Positions 50,408-64,000 of a DNA stretch of 64,000 bases are shown here, in pieces. This DNA comes from Antedon mediterranea (taxonomy: Eukaryota > Animalia > Echinodermata). A program made the translations under genes and the position numbers. The stretch lies in NCBI RefSeq assembly GCF_964355755.1, contig NC_092679.1, positions 7,408,201 to 7,472,200 on the forward strand, written 5' to 3'. Numbering within the stretch: the first letter of the stretch is position 1; each line of letters starts with the position of its first letter. Under the pieces are notes generated by a model that was given only the letters and a program-made list of their open reading frames with translations, was not told the origin of the DNA and ran no database searches.

Positions 50408-53400
50408 TGGACGTAGGCCTCTGTAATAGAATTACGTAATACACTGTTAATTACCAGTATTATATCAGATGAGTTTGAACTCATAATTAATGTTGGTTAT
50501 TAAAATAGTTTAATGTGTAACTATGAATTTTTTAACGCGTCAACTATGGATTTTCTAACGCGTCAACTATGGATTTTCTAACGCAAGCAGGGCGAAGCTT
50601 AATTGCTTTTTACACGATTAATATTAATCAATAACAATCATATCACGAATAAACAGGATGTTAATACAATCTCATTCTGTTAATTGATCATGTTATTAAA
50701 AGTTGATGACGTGAACAGTGTAAATATACGTTGCGACACTACGTAATAGATATAGGCCTAATGGACGTAAAAGGTCACTGTAAATAAGATATTGACAACT
50801 GTAATCATTATTTATATATTTATACGACTGTCTGTACATATTAATAAACGTATAACCAGAATGGAATGAATTCTTCATGGTGATAAAAAAGCTTTGAAAA
50901 ACATCGACTGTTATTTGGAAAATGAAACAATCATGATTAAATATAAGATGTTTTAATTAATGTAGATATTATTATTGTATTAATAAATTATTCTTCTGAC
51001 ATCAAACGTTATATGTTTGTATATTTATTGTACATTCCATACAGCACTAATATCAAATAGGGCCTATAGTTGGCATTGAATAAAACTAATGTATGATGTG
51101 CCACCAATGCATAAACAAATACATCATGACGTAACTGGAATCTAACGGCTTCTTGACGTTCTATCCAAAGGACGACGCAACGGAAGTGCTCTTACACATT
51201 AGGAATGACACGATTGAACATGTTCTATTGAATGAATTACGTAAGACTATTCTTGGAAAATGCTAGATATTTGTTAAATATATTATAGCGATAGTATATT
51301 GATGTTTTCATGATGATTAATAGGCTAAGTAAAGGAAGTACACCGGCTAAGCGTGATTTATTCCACAATTATGTTCGCAACGAACGCCTACTATAATGAA
51401 TTTATGAACGTTTGTTACCAAGACCTTGACGATGAGGCCTATATTTTATATTCATCTCAAGGGTCTGATCATACGCAAAAAGTAATATTTTCCTACACCA
51501 TCTCACCAGAATCGAAAACTATTATAGAGGATTGGAGGGCGTAATTAAAACCGACGAAATGAGACGCGCGGCGTGTTTGATACACACCCTCACGTCAATA
51601 AACTTTATGTACAGTACAATAAAAAGAAAATTTGTTCAAAAGAATTTCTTTTTCAGAATTCTTTTGGTCAATAGTGAAGGTCGTCAGCGAAACAATGGAT
51701 GAAATTATTCCACACACATATACTATTATTGGCCTATTTTACCTCTGCGGATTGTTTTAATTAACTCATATTTAACATGATGGAAAATGTTCATCTGGTT
51801 CAAAATAACTCATATTTACTAATTCAAACAATATTTGGGACTCATGTATGTTGATATACGATCAGCATCGACCGAAAATACGGGTCATTTTGGTGGTAGT
51901 TTTTTTTAAATGGAATTTGATTTTAAGAAAAATGTAAATTCATGGACACAGCACATAGGGTCAATAGTTTCAAGTGTTAAATACAGTACATTTTAATACA
52001 ATCGTAAATATACGGTAAGCTACACATTTAGTTAAATACAGTAGACCAACGTACTACGAATATATCGAGCGCGAAAACATGAATATCAATTCTATAACGT
52101 GATAATCCGAACCGAGTGGTGTCGTCATTAAGTTAGTCATGTAAGTTATATACAGTTTTTACTGAATTTTAAATTACGCTTGTGTGATTGGTCAAATTAT
52201 TTGCGTCGTGCGCGCGTAGGCTTACATTCTTGTGTTGCGTGCGTCCTCGTAGGAGAGCCATTGATAACATTATTTTCAAATGCACTTTAAATTGTACAAT
52301 GTTTAGGCCATGGGTCACCAGTGCCATTGGTTGCTGTAGAAATCACAATTATTGAGTGTTGGCAATTTTTAAACTGCCATAGGATTGTTTGTAATAATTG
52401 TATTGCCAACTTCGAAATACGAAATAGGTGAATGACCTGCCTCATTCATTCTAATCACACACGTGATTGAACTACTGGGGTATACTGACCGTAATGTTGC
52501 TCAACCAGAGGATTCTATTCTATAAAAGTTTTTATATGGCGCCCTACATAGAACAGAGCGCCTAACAATACTTATATTATCATCCCCTTTTTCTGAATTA
52601 AATCATTTGTAATGAGTTATATAAAGGAATTTTTTTATTTGTCAATAATTCTAAAAATGTTTTGTGGTTCCTTATTTCCTGATGGTATGGTTAATACATA
52701 TTAAGGGTTGGGGTTTTAAAGATTTTCCGTTTGTTAGCTGTAAATTTATCTATAGGAACAATGGTAGTCATGAGTTAAAAAATACTTTGGTGGGGTCAAT
52801 TTTACAAATAATTGGAATTATTTCCTAGAATTAGTTCGATACTTTTGAACGGTAAACCAAGGAGATGTGTAAATCAAGATGTTTGATGAGACGTTGATGA
52901 AACAAAATAGTTTGTTGAAGCAATGAATCCATTCCGATAATTAAAGTGAGTTAAAGATGGATAGATGGAAAAGCATTATCCTACTCAGTAAAAACAACGC
53001 CTCAACATTATGTTATACCTCTGTCAAGTTTAGCAGACACTCTTTTACTGCCTCAAAGCTTTGTAGTCATGTGTAGCCGATCTTTGGATTATAATATTGT
53101 ATCTATGCACAATATCATAGGAAAACATCTGTAATACAGCGTCACATGTGATGCTATATACTATGCAACCAGCGTAACCATAGCATAATACAGGCGCCTC
53201 ATGTGATACACATGTGATGCCTGTACAGTATCAATAATATTATGTATTTGTAGAATTGACCTTAAACATTTTTAAGTTAAACTTAAATTTTCTTTAACTA
53301 AATAAATTATATTTTTAAAGAAAATAATAATCTAAAAATACTAAAATGTAGGCCTAGGTTACAACAAATTATGTCTAGCTGGTCCAATTTTGCCATGTCT

Positions 53401-53990
53401 GGTTGTCCAATTAAACAGTTTTCACAAGTAATTTGTATCATTGAATTTGATAGCAATAATGGAAATGCACACCAATTCTAGTTATGTTTTCAGAGAGGTA
53501 GCAAAATCAAATTATCAACCTGATCACTGCGGGGACCGAGGTTCGTATTTAAAAAAAGACGTTCCTTTGAGACACAACTATTGAAGGGACACCTCTATTT
53601 ATTAAGGGGACACTTGGTCATGGAACAAAGGTTGGCAAGTTTTAAACTGTTTGGACGAAACCCTTGAGTTCTATACTTTTTAATATAATTTGTTTCTGTA
53701 CACGAATTGACTTTTTGCCGATGATCTGATATTGGATCGAACTTTCGACCTTTCTTCCACAACCAGTAGCACGTCCAGTGTCTATCTGATTCTAGTAATG
53801 AGTTATCAAAATATATCAATAAAATTGTATGCGTGTGTTTTCACGAATCGGATTATTCAATTTGACAAGTATATTATCAGCAGCAAAATAGTCTCACTAA
53901 CTTCTCGAAGCACGTTTTCTTTTTCTTGCTACAGTTTCGAAACAAGAGGTAAAACATCAGTTTAACATTTAACTAATGTACGTATGTTTA

Positions 53991-54058
53991 AGTTCTGTTT
54001 ACACTATCAAACTAGTTTTGTTTCGTCACATAAAGTTTGATAGTGTGTAAACATAGCT
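53991..54058. mobile_element. PIF/Harbinger MITE family A, short derivative
   Basis: ttctgtttacactatcaaact...agtttgatagtgtgtaaaca. Confidence 0.6.
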
Positions 54059-57000
54059 TAGACTTTCGCAAGTCTCTATTTTATTGTCTTGTTAGTGCCA
54101 AATATGTATTTCCAAATATAAAGTCGAAATGCCGACTGAACCTAGACTATATTGGCTATAAAACCCTATGTTTACATCAAGAAGATGTATATATTGTTTA
54201 TGAATTGCATTTTAATATTTTCATAACACCATGTTTTAACAAAGTTCTAATTTTAGTAACAGACATACCGTATCCATAATCATGGAGGGCCATACCCCAC
54301 TAACTCATGTGTGTCGAAATCGTTCCCCACAAATCGCCTCGGACCTCCTATACGGTACCGTCCTGTCCTTATCACAACATTTATGCTGTAATCCCCAGTT
54401 GGATTGCGTTTGCATTTGGTGGAAATAAATTATGTATTTCCTCCATTCTTCAATCATAATTATAACAAATCAAAATAAGGTTGGAATGCTATCACGGGTT
54501 TCAGTCATACATTACTATTGATGACGTATAACGGCTAGGCTGGGGGAAGCAAACATGAACACGCGTCATTTGCTGCATCAAGGCACACAGAAATCAGTTA
54601 TCGGAATTTCAGCGGTGTTGACACATTTTGGTGGGTTTAACACACCCTACATTTTAAAAGCAACAACCTGCGGAACGACGATGACCGGGCGGTCATTGTA
54701 TTCACCAAAACTTCCTCTGTAAAACCAGGAAAGGAGTAAGGCTATACATTTCAGGGGCGGACCCAGAGGTATTGCCCTACCCTTAATTTCATACTAAGTG
54801 TTGTTTCTGTCACTATGACTAAATTAAAATTTAGTCCCAGAACTTGATAGGCTAAAGTAGTTACGAGTTGCAGGGCATTTTATCATTGTTGAATGTTTTG
54901 TTGTTATAATAGTAAGGGATTAGTTCAGTGTTGACTTTGAATAAACCATTGGTAATTTACTGAAATCCCGTATGTTTTATTACCGGCGGAATAATATAGG
55001 CACAATCCTCTGTTTGTTAGAGCACTATAGAGCGAGTGACATTTTCGGCGAACTAGAGGTGAAATTTATCATGAATTTTACGTGCGAGAGTACCATTTGC
55101 GGCCCCATTTAGGGGTGTCATTTAACAATTTGCTTGCTCAAATACTCAGTGTCTACAGCCCTGGAGTCTTTCAGCAACCCTCTCAAAATAGCATTTATAA
55201 CTCATCCCTGGTCAAACGTCGAGCAAATCGAGATCGTACTTTAATGCCACGGTCCAACTATAATTCCTCCATGTTTGACCAATCACGACGAGATGGATCA
55301 TCTAAACTGTCGCTTGTGATTGGTAAAAATCACTTGCGTTGCGTCCAGACCATTCGAATGTGCGTTGTCCTCAATATTTCTAGAGTGTCATTGCATCGTA
55401 ATAATGGATTAACAGATATCATCATGACATGTTCGTTGTAATCGCGGCGACGTTGTAGGAATCGGTTCCGCGTTTCTTCAGTGTTCATGTAAACTTCACT
55501 TTTAACTTCACTTTCTATTTTTATCGTTTACATTTTTTACTACATTTTGCTATAGTTAGTTATGTGATTTGTATTTTATATTGATTTTACTGTACAGTGT
55601 AATTCGCTATAAGAATAAACAAATTAAGTTAACTAAAGTCATCCATTCCACTTCATATAGAGTTCTTTTTGGCACTTTTAGTCTGTGATGACCCATTGCG
55701 GCGCCCACCTCATCTTCAGTTCATTGCGTTCTATACCCTCGAAAAATAAGTTAATATTTTTGTTGAAAGGCTCATATCGTGACAAGTGCTTACGGCGCTT
55801 CTAGAGACTTGATCCCGACTGCAATGTACAGTAGGACTACTATTTTTATAATGTCATTCTTATATAGCGTTTCATGCACAAAGCAAGCGCTTCAATTATG
55901 TTTTTACAGTCTGAAATAAATGTGTTATCAATTTTGTTATAAAACATATTTCGCCATGGTTCTACAAATTTTAATTTCTGGCTTTTCATACTTACAGTAT
56001 TCCAAAGGTAGGCCTATCTTTGATTTTCTGAGCGAGCGTATAACAATATTTGATTGACCTTGTTTCCTTTTACTTTTACGGGCATTTTAACAAGTGTACA
56101 AATTGATCAGATTATATTCATTATACCTAACTACAAAATATTTACTTTTATCTAACAAGATGATCGTAAAATGAATAGTTTAAAAACTATGTGAAATCCT
56201 TCTACACATTCTGTAAAATTCTAAAAATTATCTTCTGAATACGGCAGGGCCGCGGGGGCCGGGTCCTCCCTCCTCGAAACAACATAAAACACTTTTACAA
56301 CTCTAAAATCAGAAAAATCAGAAAATTCAGAATTAAAAGTTAATATATTTAAATTGCTAAAAACGACTCTTCCTGAAATTTACCAGATGAATGAATTGCA
56401 AAAATTACAACTAAAGTAAAATGTTGGCTCCTGGCCAAGTTTTTGAATTTCTAGAGTTAAGAAGCAAATCTGAAATGAAAATTGTTGGCGATGATTTAAA
56501 AACAAAGAAAATACACGTGGTCATTTTGGATGCGCGCGCATTTGACAACGAAAACTTTACAATTACCCATCAAGAAAAGTTATCTCCGGAACATTTCTCG
56601 GAAGCTTTTCACTTTAATTACCAGCGGCATTTCATCGAAAGTCTTTATGCCAACAAGTGTCCAATTCGTTAGGAAGGGTTCATCATTATACTAACACTGT
56701 TTCTAGGAATGCACAACTTCTACACCATGTTATATTACCCTGGCTTACATGGAAAACGTACAGAAATACTGGGACAAATATAATTAAGTTATTAAACTGA
56801 AAGAAAGAAATTAAAACTACAATAACATAAATGATAGCCATAAATATCGTATAAAACGTACACCACAATAGATTTATTATGGAAAAGTAGGTAGGTAATT
56901 AAGAAGAAGTTAATTTAATTTCCAAGAGTCTGACCGCACCCATTTTGTTATTTAGGTCGCCATGGAGACCGATTATATATTTAGATATATTTATTCATAA

Positions 57001-58759
57001 AAAAACATCAAATACAACGGCAGCCAAAAGGCTGAAAAGTAGTATTTTACAAAATTTGATTTCTTTATAGGTAACAGAGGGGAGCTGAATAGTGACATTT
57101 ATTGGATATAAAAACGACACAATTGCAACAACCACGATAGATTAAGAACTATTATGCCTACAACCCTCCATCAACAACTGGGCTACTGTAAACTAATAAT
57201 ACACGAAATTCTTCATTTTCTTGTCTAAAAAGAAAAGCTAAAAAAATCATCGATTTGTGAATACAAACTTCATCAACAAGTAAACCAATGTATCTTGCAC
57301 AAAATGTTTCATTTTATTTACTTACGGTACCATTTCTATTTTTCACCCACAAGAGATGTAATAGTTTTTCGGACTGCTTTTTCTTACAGTTTTTCAAGTA
57401 ATTTTGTTTTGTCGATCCAATTTTGTGACTAATTAGGGCCTATATTTTGTGACATTGAAATGGAATATTTAACAGCAGGGGGACTGCTTATATTTCTCTA
57501 TTGAATAGCAATACTGCATGTAGGCCTATATGGTAATAAACGTTGAATTTAGTCCATTTTGTACGGCAGATTTCTGGATGGTCACAATATTATTGTGTAA
57601 ATCGAAAATGCTTACTCACTCTTGGCAAGACATCTGGAGAACATTTTGCTAATTTGAACAATTCAAAAACAGTTAAACTACATAAGTTGCAATATGTCAA
57701 TCATTAGATGTAACTGCTATTGTCAAAAACTTTGCTGAGTGTCTATCTTGTTGACGAGACGTCAATCAATCCGTTTCCCAATAAGGTGCCCTATTTTGAC
57801 CTGTTTGTGGCATTGTCCCGTGATATTTACTAAGTTTGTTTTCAAGAATTCACAACCCAGAATAACTTTGCTATCGCAGAAAAACGAATGAATGAAAATG
57901 CGTAACATTTGCCGTATTAAATTAAGAATAATTTACACGAAGTGCCATTAGGTAGCTGTTGAGTCCAAAATGCATTTTGCGCACGCTCAGAAACATATGA
58001 GCATGTGCACACAGTACCGTCATGTTAAGCGACGGAGCTAGCATTATGTCTACCAGTGGTGTAGTGATTCGAGTGGTCTGCACCAAATAGCACCACGATC
58101 TTTGCTCTGCACCACCCTGACGTGCACGCAACCTTGATTCGTAACAAATGTCTCTGGTGTGGTTGGTTTAAAATTTAGATCCGCGCGTACCACCGTACAG
58201 ATATTGTTTTAATACCGGAATAACTCGTCTTAACCACACATAAGCCTACATTTCACTCCCTTTCTCGGATTAAAAAAACAGCTACTTGAAGTGGTTTCTG
58301 CTTCTTCAGCCTGGATATTTGTGGGTTTTTCTTAGTCTAAATCGACAAGGATTTGTAGAAAATTGTTGTTAAAATGAGAGTTCTCGCAGAGAACGGAGCA
58401 ACAATTTATAACAACACAGGAAGTTCATGTCTGATAAAGTAGGAAGTTTCTCTTTTGACGGATTGAAAATATACCTCATAAAGTAAACATAAAATACAGT
58501 TCTCGTCGTTACAACGGGGGTTTATACATGCACATCTTATCGATATATTTAATTGAGTTAAGCTAAGTAGCCGCTTCTTCTTTGTACAGTACTGTATTTC
58601 CGAAGTATCATCACCTACCCTTACATGATAGGCCTATAGGCACCACATGTGATATCATTTATATGCTGTATTACCAAATATTCCTTTGATACTTTGGAAA
58701 TAGATAGTAGGCCTAAGTGACGTGGAGATACAGCACTGTAGGTTAGCATTAAAATACAG

Positions 58760-58910
58760 AACAGTTAATACGCGCAACGCAAGTAATTTGACCAATCACG
58801 ACACGATAGATCATCATGATTTGTCAAATCAGGGAGTTGTTATTAGTAATAACAACTTCCTGGTCAAATCACGTGTTGCATGTACGTCATTGCGTTGCGT
58901 CCAAGCTTTA
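58760..58910. mobile_element. Palindromic MITE family B (related pieces at ~9500-9610, 45015-45170, 52180-52250, 55274-55350)
   Basis: Shared cgcaacgcaagtaatttgaccaatcac / gtgattggtcaaatta..ttgcgttgcgt motifs. Confidence 0.55.
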
Positions 58911-59630
58911 ACGAGAAAAAAAGATTATCAAAATTATTTTTCAAATTCACATTCAGCTCAACTGGTGTTGGTCAATGTGAAGTCCCCGGGGACAGAGTAA
59001 AGGCAATCATTAAATTTCCCCTTGCGTAATAAATCAAATGAATTTGACCTAAATTGGGACTTAATAGGTCTTACGATTAAATAAATTACTTCTGGAAATT
59101 ACTCCAGAGAGGCCGTATATACTTGTCAGCATTAGTCACGGTGTACACCTACTAACATCAAGGAATTTCCTTTGAATGTGTCTTTGGACATGTACAAATC
59201 ATTATGTATAAACAGCTTAGGCACACGTTTACTTGATAGTATCGGCAGTGCGCCATGCAAACTGAATTACACAAAAAAACTGCGCACGTTTTAGTATCGA
59301 TAAAGTGCCATGCGAACTGCGCATGTCAAGTATCAGCAGTGCCACGCGAACAAATCATTACGCAATACATTTTTCTTGTACGTGCGAACTAGTCTCATAA
59401 CTAAATGAGCGTTTACACATTTGTCACGCATTTAGGGTATTATGGGCGCGCCCACTAGTGTCACTTTTACGCATTTTAACAGGAAGGAGAGTCATACTCG
59501 GCGCAGACACACGCTGTGTGAAAAGACTATAAGAGGACACGATGACGTAATTCCGTTGAAATACCACTTAATTAACGTAATTAACTAAAGTCTTAATCGC
59601 CTTGTGACCTAATTGTTGAGATTATAATAC

Positions 59631-59656
59631 CATGGAGCTATCAAATTAGCTCCATG
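59631..59656. mobile_element. Probable P-superfamily excision footprint with a 7-bp TSD
   Basis: ATAATAC-CATGGAGCTAtcaaatTAGCTCCATG-ATAATAC. Confidence 0.6.
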
Positions 59657-59938
59657 ATAATACACATAAATTACTATTAAGACTCACAAATAAAGCGATC
59701 GGTTTTACGCTCTTCATTGATAAAGCTCTTTTCATCATAATTGTGAGCAACTGTTTTGGAATGTGTTAATTAATATTGTTGATGTGTTTTGATATACGAC
59801 ATCCGCATGTTAGTCATCTTTATGTAACCTAAATAAATGGTTATCATAAATTAATAGCATTTATTTCGCATATTTCCCCAAATTTGACTGATTGTTGTTT
59901 ACACGTGTTCAAAGAAATAAAAAAATGCTGCATCACAC

Positions 59939-59961
59939 CATGGAGGTATAATACCTCCATG
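59939..59961. mobile_element. Probable P-superfamily excision footprint with a 7-bp TSD (1 mismatch)
   Basis: ATCACAC-CATGGAGGTATAATACCTCCATG-ATAACAC. Confidence 0.55.
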
Positions 59962-61487
59962 ATAACACACACACACACGATAATATTTGTAGAGTATCAT
60001 AGGTAGAATCCATTTATATACATACATACGGTGTCTGTATCCTGGAAAGGTTAGGGTCTATAAAATACCGTAACACGTAAAATACTGTTACATACAGAAA
60101 GAGATGATATGCTGTAGGAGCCTATTGATTCGAAATTTCTGCCAAGAAACAATTATCATTGTACTATGTATGAATGCCTAATATAATAAATCGAATCTGA
60201 ATTTGAATCTGAAATTTAGACACAGTAGCCTACCGAGAATCGACTATGATACCTGGACGCAAAATTAGGGGGATATTGGTGACATTTGTACTGAGATTCA
60301 AAGTTTATGGTACGCGCGTAAAAGTTTTAGCATTTCCATCAGAATCAGATGCTTTTTCTGCAAAATGATGACGTCATTACACAAAGAGTATCTTTTACGA
60401 ACTCTCAAATATACGACTGGCTGCCCATGACATCAGCAGTGAATTCACAGTAAATCTAGAAAAAATAAACAAGGATCTAGAGGAAATGTGGAGTAATTTT
60501 TCTCCGGTTAAAGTACATTGTGTTTAGGCCTAGTTCACTCAGTCTGTTGACAAGTCACAATTAAAGAAGTTTTAAATCTGACGCACTGCGCTCGGCGTAA
60601 ACTCACGAGGTAGCGAATACTCACATTATGAAATGATGCTGCATTGAAAAATCTGAAAGGAATGTAATAAAATGGCATCGTAATCAAAATACATAAAAAT
60701 CATAAATTATGAAACAGCAGTTTCATAATTTCTAAACAGTAACACCCGAGGGAATCGTCATGGCCTTGCAATTAAATGTTGTTTTTATTTATATTTGTTG
60801 TACAATGTTAATTCATTGGTACGGTGTAAAACACCAATGTACTATTTTAATGCGGTTATTCGTCCTTGTAGTATGTTGCAGGCATGTTTCGATTACACAA
60901 TCATGAAGTCAAAATGTTGATAGAAGAATTCGAATATTCATCTTGACAATGAATGTGAATTGACGCCGCCTCAAGCCAACACCTCGAACATCATTCTTAA
61001 CCAACGACAACATAACCACTTGAAGGACAGATTAATTTGTAAAAAAAGCATACTGGTACGTTTCGCTATCGTATTTTAATCAAGCATAATATTAATTGAC
61101 ATATTTAAAAATACAGCATGATAATCTTATACAAAAAAGAACTAACCAATTATGTATAATATTCAGCAGAACTTGAGTCCCAGGTCTCTTACATTATGTG
61201 TTATATTATGTGTTTATATGACAGTAGGTGTCTATTGGCACGTTGTTTTCTTACCGTTTGACCACAAAAACCAAAATATTTTGTTGAAATTTGTTTAAAG
61301 AAATTGTTACTAAACAATAAAGATCACAACATGATTATGATTTTGTGATATTGACGATGACGATGACTTAACAGTTTGATGACGATGACGATGACGTAAT
61401 TGATGAAGATAACGTTGGATGACGATGACAATACGCTACTCCCATTAGGCACAATACTGATGGTGATGATTGAGAGAATTTTCCGGA

Positions 61488-62790
61488 ATGATGAATGCTC
61501 ACCGTGTGAACAAGTCAACTGATGTCATACACAATGTATGATAAAGTGCGAACTAAAGATGATGAATGCTCACCGTGTGAACAAGTCAACTGATATCATA
61601 CACAATGTATGATAAAATGCGGACTGAAGATGATGAATGCTCACCGTGTGAACAAGTCAACAGATATCATACACAATGTATGATAAAGTGCGCACTGAAG
61701 ATGATGAATGCTCACCGTGTGAACAGGACAACTGATATCATACACAATGTATGATAAAATGCGCACTGAAGATGATAAATGCTCACCGTGTGAACAAGTC
61801 AACTGATATCATACACAATGTATGATAAAGTGCGCACTGAAGATGATAAATGCTCACCGTGTGAACAAGTCAACTGATATCATACACAATGTATGATAAA
61901 GTGCGCACTGAAGATGATAAATGCTCACCGTGTGAACAGGACAACTGATATCATACACAATGCATGATAAAGTGCGCACTGAAGATGATGAATGCTCACT
62001 GTGTGAACAAGTCAACTGATATCATACACAATGCATGATAAAGTGCGCACTGAAGATGATGAATGCTCACCGTGTGAACAAGTCAACTTATATCATACAC
62101 AATGCATGATAAAGTGCGCACTGAAGGAGCTATATATCCAATACCAAATTGGCGAGTAAATCATGTTTTACTTTAAATTAAATTTATACGTTCTTCCACA
62201 AGGTCAATTGTTAGTTATACATACAGACTATATTAAAACAATGATTTTGAACACGTAGGGCATTTCTTTGAATTCTTTCCTATCGTCGTTTTGTGGTAAT
62301 TTACAGCTTTTTTTATGTTTAACAAGACTAGGCTAACTAAAGTACGGTCTAATGAATATTGATATCAGAAGATTCCCTAGCTTAGTGAAAAATTTGTATT
62401 ACTGTACTAAAAATGTGCTGATTACGTCACTACCGGAAGTTGTAGTCTAGCATGATGCAGACGCAATTGATTATGTACGTTTGTTAAACATAAAAAAAGC
62501 TGTAAATTACCACAAAACGACGATAGGAAAGAATTCAAAGAAATGCCCTACGTGTTCAAAATCATTGTTTTAATATAGTCTGTATGTATAACTAACAATT
62601 GACCTTGTGGAAGAACGTATAAATTTAATTTAAAGTAAAACATGATTTACTCGCCAATTTGGTATTGGATATATAGCTCACTGAAGATGATAAATGCTCA
62701 CCGTGTGAACAGGTCAACAGTAAGATTACATAGCTCTTTATAAAGTTCGCACTGAATATATGAATGCTCACCGTGTCAACAGGTCAACAA
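61488..62790. repeat. Tandem repeat, 71-bp unit, 9 copies plus ~2 diverged copies after an insertion
   Basis: gctcaccgtgtgaacaagtcaac occurs at 61497, 61568, 61639, ... 62065, then again at ~62696 and ~62766. Confidence 0.95.
62127..62679. mobile_element. Foldback (Mutator-like) non-autonomous element with ~199-bp TIRs
   Basis: 62127-62325 is the reverse complement of 62481-62679. ACTGAAG is duplicated at 62120-62126 and 62680-62686. Confidence 0.85.
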
Positions 62791-64000
62791 ATACAATGCA
62801 AATTAGTATCTTATAAACGATACTGTTACTTTTATCTGCCAGTGTACTATCATCCTGATGCTAAAGTACCTTATCGTCTACTTGTCATAGAATAAGTAGG
62901 TGACATTTCAAATGTCACAACACATAACAGTTGGATTACATGACATTCACAATGTCTTACAACATTCAAACACATGAAAAGTGCATTACTGTATGTGCTA
63001 GTGTATAATAATAAACTTATTGAATACATTTAATTAAAGAATATATTTATAATTTACTTCTTGTTAGAGTGATGTAAAAGCAGAATCATCTTGGAAACAT
63101 CTAGCACCTCCACCCCTTCCCCCTTTACCCCAGAAATCAACCTCCTTGATTTATGGACACCCTTTCCTAAATTATTATTGCACAATTCCTTAAACCCAGT
63201 AATCTGTGCAAATACTTGTTCTGCTATTATATTATATACAGTATTAGAAATTTAAATTTATATTGAGAATATGTATATTTCTTATAAAGTCAAAATTCCC
63301 AAATATTAATTTACTGTTATTATATATAGTATATTTTAAAATGTAACAATGTTCAACATTACCACTATCACCTTTCATATATCTAGTACTTTACACACCA
63401 GGAGCGCACACCATATAAATTGTGGTGGTGTTGTCGCAAAAGTCATATAAAAATGTCGAAAACTTCAGAAATATAATATTATAAATTGCCAAAATACATG
63501 TAGGCCTATATGAATGATCATGTGATTGGCAAATGATATCTTTGTTAGTTGCTTTCTTTGCTTTGATACCGCAATTGCCATATGTGGCTAATTATGCAAA
63601 TAAGTTATGCAAATGAAGGATATACTGTACACCTGTCTCTTCAATACATCTTCTTTTTCGCTGCTGTGTACCGTTCCATATACTGAAACAAATAAAAGAA
63701 ACAATTGTATTAATTCTTTGGTAACATTTACTTGATCATGTTTGATAACTACAACCAGTAATTGGTGCAATGATTCCTTTGCAGCTCGTGGATGAAGGTG
63801 AAACGTCGGAGCCAAAATGTGCAAAAAACGGGTAAGATTTAAAGAAGAACTGAGGAAAACAGAGACGCATTGTTTAAGGTAATAAAGTTAAGAAATAAAC
63901 AAACTAGTTAAGAACCAACTTGTTATTTGAAATTTAAGATTTATCAGCTGACTAGTATTACATTAATGGTTAAGATCATGGTTTATATAAACATACAGGT

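Noticed and set aside
61488-62126. Tandem hammerhead (retrozyme-like) repeats because each unit has CTGAAGA
   Set aside because: There is no GAAA after a closable stem II (it reads GAAC) and no stem I/III pairing.
50300-64000. Short ORFs in the track (e.g. 51353, 55082, 56421, 58722, 63588)
   Set aside because: They have no recognisable domains or consistent exon chains, and several overlap MITE sequence.

Overview
AT-rich, intron-rich animal genomic DNA, probably a marine invertebrate deuterostome such as an echinoderm (inference); it is not prokaryotic. Four protein-coding loci can be reconstructed by hand from GT-AG exon chains. (1) The last three exons of an ovothiol synthase OvoA-type SAM-methyltransferase domain (+, 3689-4895). 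(2) An 8-exon, ~827-aa MacroD1/2-like macrodomain gene (+, 6593-13945) with altered catalytic motifs, a 58-aa insertion and a long acidic/poly-Pro tail. (3) A complete ~46-exon UBR1/UBR2 N-degron E3 ligase (-, 15502-43918). (4) A 3-exon clan-2 cytochrome P450 (+, 46725-50285). The rest is repeat-derived: LINE fragments, PIF/Harbinger MITEs, a hAT-like element with a 5-bp TSD, Penelope fragments with hammerhead motifs, tRNA-SINE pieces, a foldback element, probable P-element excision footprints and several minisatellites. I see no coding gene in 50.3-64 kb and no CRISPR. The best leads are the divergent macrodomain/adaptor protein, an A3-U8 covariant hammerhead in an intronic inverted Penelope repeat, and the P-like footprints. 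All coordinates and counts were read by eye.
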